From Nitrosopumilus sp. (lineage in GTDB: Archaea; Thermoproteota; Nitrososphaeria; Nitrososphaerales; Nitrosopumilaceae), in contig OZ252243.1 in assembly GCA_965249555.1 (NCBI GenBank), positions 1,728,001-1,792,000 on the forward strand: 64,000 nt of DNA. The letters are read 5' to 3'. The position numbers and the translations under genes were made by a program. Positions 54,032-63,447 of the stretch are shown piece by piece (position 1 is the stretch's first letter; every line of letters starts with the position of its first letter). Below the pieces are notes generated by a model that was not told the DNA's origin, did not search any database, and was given only the letters and a program-made list of their open reading frames with translations.

Positions 54032-55028
54032 ATAGATTCAAGTTTAACACAGCTAATCTTTTATAATTTTCATCCAATAACTGTAAAGCTTTTTCTTCAT
54101 TTGTAGAATCTTTCACTTTGAATGCACCATAGCATAACAAAAGATATCCAAATTGTTTCCAATAAGGATCTATAAGGAAATTTTCTACCATAATAAATAA
54201 AGAATCAAAATCAAAACCCACATTATGATCTATTTTTGCAACTACTTTAGTACGGACAATAGATTCAAACTTGTTCATATCACGTAATTTGAAGTGTAAT
54301 TTGGAATGTGGCATGGGTGGCATTTGAAAAGATGATGTTTTCGTATTAGACACAATTTTTTTAGCAACATCTAAATCTGTTTCATAAACGTGAAAACTAC
54401 CGCTAAAATGATTATATTTCCCAAGTTCAAATTGGTCATATTTTGGTTTTAATCTGTTTTGAACATATTCCTGTAACATTGTAAAAATAAACAAGTCATA
54501 CGGAAGTACCTTAAGAGCATCTTGACTCCTCATATAGATGACAGATTGTACTTGATTTTGACGAATAAGATATTGTAAGTTCAAGGTACATGGAATTTCT
54601 TCATGAGGAAGACCATGTTGATCAAATTGAGGTAAATACACTGATGCCACAGCTCTGCGTTTTGATGGATCCTCATCCAAAACACGCAATATATGTTCCA
54701 TTTGATTAAGGTGTTGAATCCCAAAAAGCCTAGGTCCATATGCCCCAATCACTTTTATTCCATCTGAGGAATAATCTTTTGCCCTGGGAACATAATATTC
54801 AATTGCTTCTAAATTAAAATTACCTTGAGTTATCCATAAAAAATGTCCTATGCATTGAAAAATATTCAAAGGACAAGTTTCATCAAACAAAAGTCTATCG
54901 CGAGGATTTCGTAATTCAAATTTGTAGGAGACTAATTCTTTGATATTACGTTTAACATCTTTTCTTGTTACATTTTCACCATGGATGATTATGTCTGATA
55001 ACACATCTCTCCATTGTTTGTCCCACAA
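54003..55028 (-). CDS. Thymidylate-synthase-superfamily protein, dCMP/CMP hydroxymethylase-like
   Basis: GAYGPRL, SKRRAV, IPCT (catalytic Cys), MRSQD...LPYD, GSFHVY; GGTGA Shine-Dalgarno 6 nt before the TTG start. Confidence 0.85.
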   Translation of the reverse strand: MWDKQWRDVLSDIIIHGENVTRKDVKRNIKELVSYKFELRNPRDRLLFDETCPLNIFQCIGHFLWITQGNFNLEAIEYYVPRAKDYSSDGIKVIGAYGPRLFGIQHLNQMEHILRVLDEDPSKRRAVASVYLPQFDQHGLPHEEIPCTLNLQYLIRQNQVQSVIYMRSQDALKVLPYDLFIFTMLQEYVQNRLKPKYDQFELGKYNHFSGSFHVYETDLDVAKKIVSNTKTSSFQMPPMPHSKLHFKLRDMNKFESIVRTKVVAKIDHNVGFDFDSLFIMVENFLIDPYWKQFGYLLLCYGAFKVKDSTNEEKALQLLDENYKRLAVLNLNLFKKKFQDIV

Positions 55029-55067
55029 ATATCATCACCAAATATCTAAATAATCATGAAATTATGA

Positions 55068-55571
55068 CTATTGGATTAGATTTAGTTTTACCAAGTCAAT
55101 TAGTATTTTGCGAACTAAAGATTCACTAAAATTTTTATATCCATAAGAGAGGTCTTGAAATAGATACCCTACAATTTCATCAAATTCTCTATCATGATAA
55201 TGTTCTTTTCGTATATAATATAATGATGCAGCAATTTCTAACCACTCTGTATCGTGTTTATATGGTTCTATTTTTTTTGCAAAATTAGCAATTTTTTCTT
55301 TGTTTAATCCTGTTTGTTCAGATGTAGATTCAACTTGCTGATCAATAATGCTATGGGCATCTTGAGAAACTTGTTTACAATATGGACCTCTAAGATACCA
55401 ATCAAATTCATAACCCAAATCAATACCAGATTCTTGTGCCAAGTAAGCAATTTTTTGAACTTTAAGCTTGTCATCAAATTCAGTCATTGAGATTTGTTTA
55501 TCAATTCCAGAGAAAAGCACTGCCAGTTTTTCCATATTTTCAGCCATTATTTCTGCCATAACCAAATTCAC
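55068..55571 (-). CDS. YwgA / SocA-Panacea-like protein
   Basis: KVQKIAYLAQ...YEFDWYLRGPY...LEIAASLYY. Confidence 0.65.
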   Translation of the reverse strand: MNLVMAEIMAENMEKLAVLFSGIDKQISMTEFDDKLKVQKIAYLAQESGIDLGYEFDWYLRGPYCKQVSQDAHSIIDQQVESTSEQTGLNKEKIANFAKKIEPYKHDTEWLEIAASLYYIRKEHYHDREFDEIVGYLFQDLSYGYKNFSESLVRKILIDLVKLNLIQ

Positions 55572-56006
55572 TTAATTAAAGATTCGGTTGGACTAAGATT
55601 CATTATCTGATCGATTTTTGACAAAATTTTTACTTTTAGATCATCAAATGATACGTAATTAATGATGGAAATTCCTGGCATTCCCAATTACTATTTTGGA
55701 TAGTTTTCTTTCAGAATGGATACAAAATATTATTTTCCCTAAAGTATACGCATACATAATCTCAATACCTACACCAATACTAGGATTAGATACATCTGCG
55801 ATCATAATGTCACATGTTGAGATGGCATCAATATCTCTTCGATAGATTTCTTTAGAATCTAAATTAGGGTTAGGATCTTGCCATATGACCCATTTGGAAA
55901 CAATATCTAGATCTATTTCTTTTAACATCCCAACAAGTTTTTTAGCATATTCGATATCTCTATTGTGTATCAAAGGAGTTGATAAGTAAATTTTCACATT
56001 TTTCAT
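55568..56006 (-). CDS. Nucleoside 2-deoxyribosyltransferase-family nucleotide N-hydrolase (DNPH1/Rcl/MilB-like); apparent +1 frameshift near the C-terminus
   Basis: KIYLS, IYRRD...CDIMIA, PSIGVGIE, LSKIVIG. Removing one G at about 55684 extends the ORF (MPGISIINYVSFDDL...) to a TGA overlapping the next GTG start. Confidence 0.8.
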
Positions 56007-56118
56007 AAGAATTCATGAAATAAAAATTTACAAAATTTTGTTAATAACTTCCAACAAGATTGGATGCAAAATTAAACTTGCAGTACGTATATTTTGTAGA
56101 AGAATCAAATAAATTATT

Positions 56119-56661
56119 GTGAGAACGTTACCAGATCATGTTTTTCCAAACATGGATGTCCTATTTGTTGGGACAAATCCAGGTATTAAATCTGCAAGAA
56201 TAGGTCACTATTTTGCAGGAACAAGTAATATGTTTTGGAGACTTTTGTATGAATCAAAATTAACTGAAGAAAGATTGAGAACCGAATTTGATTTCAAAAT
56301 TACAAATTACGGTTACGGATTAACTGACGTAGTAAAACGTCCCACAAGATCTACATCAGAATTAAGAAAAGATGATGGAAGAGGTTCAAGAAAAAGACTT
56401 GATGGTATTGTTGAAGAAAACTCGCCAAAAGTGGTTGCTTTTGTTGGAAAAGCAGGTTTTAGATATTATCTAGGCGATAATACAATAGAACTTCAATATG
56501 GTAAACAAAATTTAGAAATAAACAAATCCAATGTGTATTTACTTCCATCCACTAGTGGTCAGAGTTTTGCAGACACAAAATATCATGAAAAGCTTCATTG
56601 GTATAGAACGTTAAAACGATACGTAAATAGATTTTTGAATTATTCTCAAATAACATCCTAA
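56119..56661 (+). CDS. MUG/TDG-family mismatch-specific DNA glycosylase
   Basis: VLFVGTNPG, GHYFAG.SNMFW, YGLTDVVKRPT, FVGK, LPSTSG. Confidence 0.9.
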   Translation: MRTLPDHVFPNMDVLFVGTNPGIKSARIGHYFAGTSNMFWRLLYESKLTEERLRTEFDFKITNYGYGLTDVVKRPTRSTSELRKDDGRGSRKRLDGIVEENSPKVVAFVGKAGFRYYLGDNTIELQYGKQNLEINKSNVYLLPSTSGQSFADTKYHEKLHWYRTLKRYVNRFLNYSQITS

Positions 56662-56751
56662 ATTTGTCCATAAGGAGATCTCATCTATTGGTCAATTTCC
56701 TTTAATAATAGATACCTATAGTTAATATGAAATAATAATTGGTGATTGTCA

Positions 56752-56904
56752 ATGTCTGAAATTGTTGAACAAACAAAAATCATAACTGATGAAGAAGCAC
56801 AAAAAGTAAAAGAAAATTTTGCAAAACAAACTGATATAATCAAAGGAGATTGCTTTGAAGGATTACTGGATAACATTGACAAAACTAGAAATAAGCCAAA
56901 ATGA
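56752..56904 (+). CDS. 50-aa ORF or gene remnant
   Basis: GGTGA SD then ATG; MSEIVEQ...DIIKGDCFEGLLDNI. Confidence 0.35.
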   Translation: MSEIVEQTKIITDEEAQKVKENFAKQTDIIKGDCFEGLLDNIDKTRNKPK

Positions 56905-57123
56905 TGATAGATGCCTTTTTGACTTAGATTATTGGTTTAAAGAATTAATTAATTTCGTTGTTAAAAAGTTCAAACTTTCAAAGAATATCATAGATTCAAA
57001 ACTTGATGAAAGACGGGGATTGTGTTTGTTGAAGAGCAACCATTCAATTTTTTCTTATAAAATTTCTATTAAAGACTAAATACTAAATCCCTCTCAATGA
57101 TATGGGTATGGAAGTGTTTGTGA

Positions 57124-57969
57124 ATGGAAATAATTGACAATTCTATAGTGGAACCTATTGAAATTCGAATGATTAGGCAATCTAAATTTCCAGTCAGATA
57201 TAAACTTCCCACAACTTCTCCCGAACTTGCAAATTTGAAATCTAGCATAAAAGAGCATGGATTACTACAACCTATTGTAATTAGGCCCATTGATCATGGA
57301 TTTGAGATAGTTGCAGGACATCGAAGATTCACCGCATGTAGATCACTGCATTGGAGATTCATCCCAAGTAAAATCAGGGATTTGTCTGATAAACAAGCAT
57401 ATGAAATTCAACTAACAGAGAACATTCAAAGAAAATCTATGGCACCTATAGAAGAAGCTGAAGCATATCAAAAATATGTTAATGAATTTGGTTGGGGTGG
57501 AGTAAGTGACCTTAGCCGAAAAATTGGAAAAAGTGAAGAGTATGTGTCTCATAGAATGCAGCTCTTAAAACTTTCAGATGATGTTAAAGAAAAGATAGTT
57601 CACAATGATTTGAGCGTAAGTCAGGCATTAGAACTAACTACTGTTGGCGCTTCACTGAAAAGTGAATTTGTAGATGAAATAGTAGACAACAAACTGACAG
57701 TAAAACAAATTAGAGTAATGAAAAAGAATGCTAAATCTGATCTATACAAACCAGTACCTAACAAAAATTCCAAGTCACTTAATTTGATAAAGAAAAGTAG
57801 TCTGGCACTAAAAATTACTCTCTCAAGAATTGATGACCTTATAGAAGACGCACATGGAATTCAACCAAAACAAAGAGTAGAATTGATAAAATTTTTGATG
57901 AGCCTCAGAATAAAGACTCATTCAATGATAGATGAAACTATCAAATTCAAAAAAGATTATTTAAAATAA
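57124..57969 (+). CDS. ParB/Spo0J-like protein
   Basis: SIKEHGLLQPIVIR, IVAGHRRF, ENIQRKSM.PIEEA, HTH. Confidence 0.9.
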   Translation: MEIIDNSIVEPIEIRMIRQSKFPVRYKLPTTSPELANLKSSIKEHGLLQPIVIRPIDHGFEIVAGHRRFTACRSLHWRFIPSKIRDLSDKQAYEIQLTENIQRKSMAPIEEAEAYQKYVNEFGWGGVSDLSRKIGKSEEYVSHRMQLLKLSDDVKEKIVHNDLSVSQALELTTVGASLKSEFVDEIVDNKLTVKQIRVMKKNAKSDLYKPVPNKNSKSLNLIKKSSLALKITLSRIDDLIEDAHGIQPKQRVELIKFLMSLRIKTHSMIDETIKFKKDYLK

Positions 57970-57979
57970 TTTCTTTATC

Positions 57980-58519
57980 TTACAAACCAATAAATGGCGG
58001 TGTCCATTCTTTGAGAAATTTCTTGTATTCCTCTTCAGTATATGTCAGTGCATAAATTGATGCTTCTGTCTGTGGAACAAAGTCATAGATCTCATATACC
58101 TGAATAATATCTCCAAACAGATTTCGATAAATATCGTTTTCCTCATCTGCCATTTCATTTGACAAAAATGACTTGACTGTAATCCAATCGTATCTTCCTC
58201 GTGTTCTACCTGAAAACAAAACAAATGGTGCATCATTGAGATATTTTTTCAACCCATCTAGTCGTTTGGGAAGTGCTTGTGATGTTCTAAATGTAACAAG
58301 GTCTACACGTATGACTCTGTGTGGAATTTTCTTTGCATCTACAGTAATTGTATATCCTTTGATAATACCTTCTTCTTCAAGTTTTGATATTCTGGACTCT
58401 ATTTCTTCTTCTGTTAAATTGTAATTAAATCCCTTCAAAAAATCCCAAATCTCAAATACTTGTTGTTTTGAGTTTTGAGAAAGTGCTGAAATTATTAGCT
58501 CATCCACCTTGTCAATCAA
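57980..58519 (-). CDS. Lrp/AsnC-family transcriptional regulator
   Basis: IDKVDELII..L, RISKLEEEGIIKGYT, GRYD. Confidence 0.82.
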   Translation of the reverse strand: MIDKVDELIISALSQNSKQQVFEIWDFLKGFNYNLTEEEIESRISKLEEEGIIKGYTITVDAKKIPHRVIRVDLVTFRTSQALPKRLDGLKKYLNDAPFVLFSGRTRGRYDWITVKSFLSNEMADEENDIYRNLFGDIIQVYEIYDFVPQTEASIYALTYTEEEYKKFLKEWTPPFIGL

Positions 58520-58635
58520 TGATAATAACTTTCAGATCAACTATATAACAAATTTACCTATTTGTTTGTTCAATACTGGAAAATATCTCACAATGCTAAT
58601 TCTATTTTAATACCTGTCTTTAGATCTTATCTGAC

Positions 58636-60945
58636 GTGAGTGCTGTTCTATCTGAAAATGTAGGCTATATCGTATTAATTGGAGTTGGATTGATTATGGC
58701 ATTATCAGTCACGCTAATGGTAAAGGCTGAAACAAAATGGCTTGGTACTAGAAAAACATCTGAATGGTTCTATACTGCAGGTCGTACCATCAAAACTGGA
58801 TTAATTGCATCATCTATTGTTTCTGCATGGACATGGGCTGCAACTCTTTTACAATCCTCTACTGTTACCTATGCGTTTGGATTAGGTGGTTCTTTTTGGT
58901 ATGCTGCAGGAGCATGTATTCAGGTAATCTTATTCGCAATTCTTGCAATTGAACTAAAAAGAAAGGCACCAATGACTCACACTTTTCCTGAAATGATCTA
59001 TGTTAGATTTGGAAAACATTCTCACAAAGTTTTCTTATTTTTTGCACTGATGACAAATACCATTGTAACTGCTATGCTTGTGCTAGGTGGAGCGGCAGTA
59101 ATCAATTCTCTTACTGGAGTAGATATTACACTAGCTACATTTCTAATCCCTGTTGGAATAGTTCTTTACACAATTTTTGGTGGTCTAAAGGCAACATTTT
59201 TTGCAGAATATCTTAATGCTGCTTTGATTTTTGTAGTGGTGCTAATCTTTGTAACTGTCATTTATTTTGCCACTCCTGAAATTGGTGGAATCTCTGGTAT
59301 GTATGAAAAATTAACTCAAGCATCCATTCTGAATCCTGTTGAAGGAAATGCATTTGGGACATATTTGACACTAGCGTCTGTGGGTGCTCTAATATTTGGC
59401 ATCATCAATATTGTGGGAAACTTTGGAACAGTATTTGTAGATCAATCTTATTGGCAGAGAGCAATTGCTTCAAGACCAAAGGCTGCAACTGGAGGATTTA
59501 TCTTGGGAGGTTTGGCTTGGTTTGCAATTCCATTCACTCTTGCTACTACACTTGGGTTGGCAGCAATATCTACTGGAGTAACTTTAACAGAAAACGAGAT
59601 TGGATTAGGATTGGTAGCCCCTACTGCAGCATCAAATCTGATGGGTGATTTTGGTGCTATTCTTCTTCTCACAATCATCTTTACAGCAGTGACTGCTGCT
59701 GGATCATCACAACTAGTCAGCGTTTCATCTCTTATTACTTATGATGTATTTCGCACGTATCTAAAACCCTCCTCGACAGGTCGTGAACTGATAAGAATTT
59801 CCAGATTTAGCATTCTTGGATTTGGAATAGGAATGGGATTGTTAGCATCGTTATTGTTTCATTCTGGATTTAGTTTACAGTATGTTTATCTTATGATGGG
59901 AGTTCTGATAGGTTCTGCAGTAGCTCCAATCTCCTTTGCTATTTTATGGAAAAAGACTAACAAGTACGCTGCAACTTCTGCAGCCATTATAGGACTTGTA
60001 TGTGGTGTTTTGTCATGGCTTTGGTCTGCTAATTCAATGTATGGTGAAATAACTCTTTCTTCAACAGGAAATCTTATTCCACTTTTGATTGGAAATGTTG
60101 TTTCAATTACCGTGAGCTTGGGAATTACACTTGTTGGTAGTATGATAAAACCTGCAAACTTTAATTTTGATATCATGAAACAAAAAATCCTTGTTGTAGA
60201 TGACAAGGTTCGCTCTATGTTAGAACGTGATACTGATGAAGAATTCCTTCTACGCTCTCTGAAATTCTGTAAAAGAGCTGGATTTTCAATCTCTGTCTTT
60301 CTTGTAATTGTGTGGCCTGCATCTTTTTACCTAACTGAATTTATCTTTGATGAACAATCATTTCATCTTTGGATTTGGCTTGCAATAGTTTGGGCATTTG
60401 GAGCAGCAGGAATCATAATCTTTTTGCCACTAATTGAGGCAAGAAAAAGTATCAGTGAAATTTTCCACAAAGCAACAATAGATTCTGACATGGTGGAACA
60501 TTCTGATTATTCTCTTTCTTCTAGAGATGATCCTCCTGTGATGAAAATTTTGGTGCCAGTAGATGGTTCTGCAAAATCATTAAAGGCACTTTACCATGCA
60601 AACTATCTTTTCAGAGGTGCTGCCAAAGTAAGGATCTACTTGTTACATGTAATAGAGTGGACTGATGAAAATGAAGAAAATATAGATGAAGAATTATCTG
60701 CCCAGATTCAAGAAGAAGGCAGATTGATTCTTCGAAGTGTTGTTCTGCCAAGACAGATCAATGACTACAAACGCATTGTCAAATTGGGAGATCCTTCTGA
60801 AAAAATTGTAGAACTTGCAGACAAACTCAAAATTGATATGATAATTATGGGCAAAAATGGTATAGGAAAATCCACTTCAGACTTGGGTCATGTTACACAA
60901 AAAGTACTCAAACTTACCTCAAAACCAGTGGTTCTTTTAGAATAG
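58636..60945 (+). CDS. DUR3-like urea active transporter (SSS family) fused to a C-terminal universal stress protein domain
   Basis: SAWTWAATLLQS, NFGTVFVDQSYWQRAIA; tail KILVPVDGS...GDP...IIMG...LGHVTQKVL...PVVL. Confidence 0.88.
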   Translation: MSAVLSENVGYIVLIGVGLIMALSVTLMVKAETKWLGTRKTSEWFYTAGRTIKTGLIASSIVSAWTWAATLLQSSTVTYAFGLGGSFWYAAGACIQVILFAILAIELKRKAPMTHTFPEMIYVRFGKHSHKVFLFFALMTNTIVTAMLVLGGAAVINSLTGVDITLATFLIPVGIVLYTIFGGLKATFFAEYLNAALIFVVVLIFVTVIYFATPEIGGISGMYEKLTQASILNPVEGNAFGTYLTLASVGALIFGIINIVGNFGTVFVDQSYWQRAIASRPKAATGGFILGGLAWFAIPFTLATTLGLAAISTGVTLTENEIGLGLVAPTAASNLMGDFGAILLLTIIFTAVTAAGSSQLVSVSSLITYDVFRTYLKPSSTGRELIRISRFSILGFGIGMGLLASLLFHSGFSLQYVYLMMGVLIGSAVAPISFAILWKKTNKYAATSAAIIGLVCGVLSWLWSANSMYGEITLSSTGNLIPLLIGNVVSITVSLGITLVGSMIKPANFNFDIMKQKILVVDDKVRSMLERDTDEEFLLRSLKFCKRAGFSISVFLVIVWPASFYLTEFIFDEQSFHLWIWLAIVWAFGAAGIIIFLPLIEARKSISEIFHKATIDSDMVEHSDYSLSSRDDPPVMKILVPVDGSAKSLKALYHANYLFRGAAKVRIYLLHVIEWTDENEENIDEELSAQIQEEGRLILRSVVLPRQINDYKRIVKLGDPSEKIVELADKLKIDMIIMGKNGIGKSTSDLGHVTQKVLKLTSKPVVLLE

Positions 60946-61443
60946 GCATAAAATTTCTATGTTTTGATAAAAAGTTTAGATTTTTTTGGGCAAATTGTCT
61001 ATTATGGCCTCTATTGAAAATTCTTCGTATCTTTGAATAATGCTTTGATGTTTAGATGATTCCTCTAGTAATTCATCTTCAATAATCTCTATGATTGTAT
61101 TTTTTCTAATCTCACTGACAATATGAAAACAACAAATCATTATAATCTGATCAAAATTACTTTTCTCTCAATTGACTCTTTAGCAATTCCATATAATGTG
61201 TCAGGGTTTTTTTCATGTCTTTTACAAAATTATGATTGATTTTTAGCAACTCTGCAAAGTCCTAAGCAGACTCATCATTACCTAATCCACGCCGGGTTTT
61301 TGTATGGTCATAAACAAATCATCATTAACTAATGTCGACGTCGACTAGAATTTTATGAAATAACAGATCTTTGAATTTTCAATTGAGTACTTAAAGAACC
61401 AAAACTCTTCAATTGATAAGTAAATCTCAAAAGAATCATTTTC

Positions 61444-63447
61444 GTGGACAAGGCAAAATCACTCCCCTTCATTTTAACCATATTTTTTGTTTCCGTTGTA
61501 GCTTTTGCCGGAACCCAACAAACTGTTTTTGCAGCCGGTGCCGTTTCTGAAGGATTTGCAATAGGTGAAGCATTACCTGAATGGATTGGTTGGGCAATTG
61601 TTGTTGGTCTGGGTATGGTTTTTGCCGTAATTATTACAATTGAGGTAAAAATTGAAGAAAAATATCTTGGTCTTAGCCAGACCTCCGAGATGTTTAACAC
61701 CGCAGGTCGTACCATCAAAACGGGTCTTACTGCGGCTGCAATTGTTTCTGCTTGGACTTGGGCTGCGACATTGCTTCAATCCTCAACAGTAGCATACCAG
61801 TATGGAATTAGTGGTCCATTTTGGTATGCCGCAGGAGCATCAATTCAAGTTTTATTGTTTGGAATTTTAGCTATTGAATTAAAACGTAAAGCACCAAATG
61901 CACATACTTTCCTAGAAATAATTCGTGCAAGATATGGTAATGGTTCTCACAAAGTCTTCTTAATATTTGCATTAATGACTAACATGATTGTAACTGCCAT
62001 GCTTCTGCTTGGTGGTTCTGCAGTTGTCAACGGCTTGACTGGAATGGATATTTCCTTAGCTGCCTTTTTGATTCCTATCGGCGTGATGATTTACACCCTA
62101 GTTGGAGGATTAAAGGCAACTTTTGTTGCAGACTATATGCATACTATAATCATATTTATTACAATATTGACATTTGTTGCAGCCGTATACCTCAACACTG
62201 ACATTACTGGTGGTATTGAAGGAATGTACGACAAGCTAGTTGAAGCTGCAAAGTTGACTCCGGTTGAAGGAAATGCTGCAGGTGCATTCCTAACTATGGC
62301 ATCCATTGGTGGCTTGATGTTTGGTATCATCAACATTGTGGGAAACTTTGGTACTGTTTTTGTTGACCAAGCATATTGGCAGAGAGCCATAGCTGCCAAG
62401 CCATCATCTACTGTCAAAGGTTTCTTGCTTGGTGGTGCATGTTGGTTTGCAATTCCATTTACACTTGCTACTACGATGGGGCTGACGGCGGTGGCGCTTG
62501 ATGTAGACTTGACAGCTCAACAGGTTCAAATGGGATTGGTAGTTCCAGCTGCTGCAACTGCACTAATGGGTGAAATAGGAGCTATTATGGTACTTACAAT
62601 GTTATTCATGGCAGTTACTTCTGCAGGATCTGCAGAACTAATTGCAGTCTCATCGATAATCACTTATGATATTTACCGAACGTACAAGAATCCAAACGCC
62701 ACAGGCAAGCAGCTGGTCAAAGTATCCAGAGCGTCAATTGTGGGCTTTGGGATTGGCATGGGTGGTCTAGCTATCGTGCTATTACACATGGGATTGAGTC
62801 TTGGCTTTGTCTATCTAGCAATGGGCATTATTATTGGTGCAGCAGTAATTCCAATTGCACTGACGATACTTTGGAAGAGAACCAACAAAGTTGCCGCTAC
62901 CGCAGGTACCGTGATTGGATTTATTATTGCAGTAACTACTTGGGTAACTGTAGCCGCATCATTACCAGAATTTGGCGGTGAAATTACTCTTGCAAGTCTT
63001 GGTCACAACTACTCTATGCTGTTTGCAAACATTGCAGGAATCGTATCTGGTGGTTTAATCGCAATAATTGGAAGTCTTGCTACAAAGAGTACCTTTGATT
63101 GGAAGGATCTCAAAGACAAAATTACCCTAGTCGAAGTAAGTGCAGCAGAATCTGCTAAAATTACAGAAGATGAGGAGACTCTAAAAAAGGCATTCAAGTT
63201 TAGTGTTAGAGGTGGTGGACTCATGACATTTATACTAATTATTGCATGGCCAATGCCATTGATCGCAGCAAACTATGTCTTTGATATAATGTCTTATAGT
63301 ATTTGGGTTGGAATCTCTATACTTTGGGTGAGTATTGCAGCTGCCATCATTATATTCTTGCCAATCATTGAGGCAAAGAAAGGTATTGCTCAAGTGTTTG
63401 GTGGTAAAAAATCTACTTCGGAACAATTAGGGGAAGATGAGAAATGA
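61444..63447 (+). CDS. dur3: DUR3-like urea active transporter (SSS family)
   Basis: SEMFNTAGR, SAWTWAATLLQS, GPFWYAAGA, NFGTVFVDQAYWQRAIA, YDIYRTY.NP.ATG. Confidence 0.9.
   Translation: MDKAKSLPFILTIFFVSVVAFAGTQQTVFAAGAVSEGFAIGEALPEWIGWAIVVGLGMVFAVIITIEVKIEEKYLGLSQTSEMFNTAGRTIKTGLTAAAIVSAWTWAATLLQSSTVAYQYGISGPFWYAAGASIQVLLFGILAIELKRKAPNAHTFLEIIRARYGNGSHKVFLIFALMTNMIVTAMLLLGGSAVVNGLTGMDISLAAFLIPIGVMIYTLVGGLKATFVADYMHTIIIFITILTFVAAVYLNTDITGGIEGMYDKLVEAAKLTPVEGNAAGAFLTMASIGGLMFGIINIVGNFGTVFVDQAYWQRAIAAKPSSTVKGFLLGGACWFAIPFTLATTMGLTAVALDVDLTAQQVQMGLVVPAAATALMGEIGAIMVLTMLFMAVTSAGSAELIAVSSIITYDIYRTYKNPNATGKQLVKVSRASIVGFGIGMGGLAIVLLHMGLSLGFVYLAMGIIIGAAVIPIALTILWKRTNKVAATAGTVIGFIIAVTTWVTVAASLPEFGGEITLASLGHNYSMLFANIAGIVSGGLIAIIGSLATKSTFDWKDLKDKITLVEVSAAESAKITEDEETLKKAFKFSVRGGGLMTFILIIAWPMPLIAANYVFDIMSYSIWVGISILWVSIAAAIIIFLPIIEAKKGIAQVFGGKKSTSEQLGEDEK

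Larger units (their letters stand above)
49680..57060. mobile_element. Integrase-associated genomic island downstream of argS (boundaries approximate)
   Basis: Abrupt switch from core genes to integrase, repeats, IS630 and very AT-rich accessory ORFs; no att duplication found by eye. Confidence 0.65.

Noticed and set aside
54003-55028. Calling this housekeeping thyA, or calling its 5' end frameshifted (ATG at 55035)
   Set aside because: Asp for Asn and the island location argue against thyA; the TTG start has a well-spaced GGTGA SD, so no frameshift is needed.
49640-57120. attL/attR direct repeat bounding the island
   Set aside because: No duplication of the argS 3' end or any tRNA fragment found by eye; it could lie outside the window.
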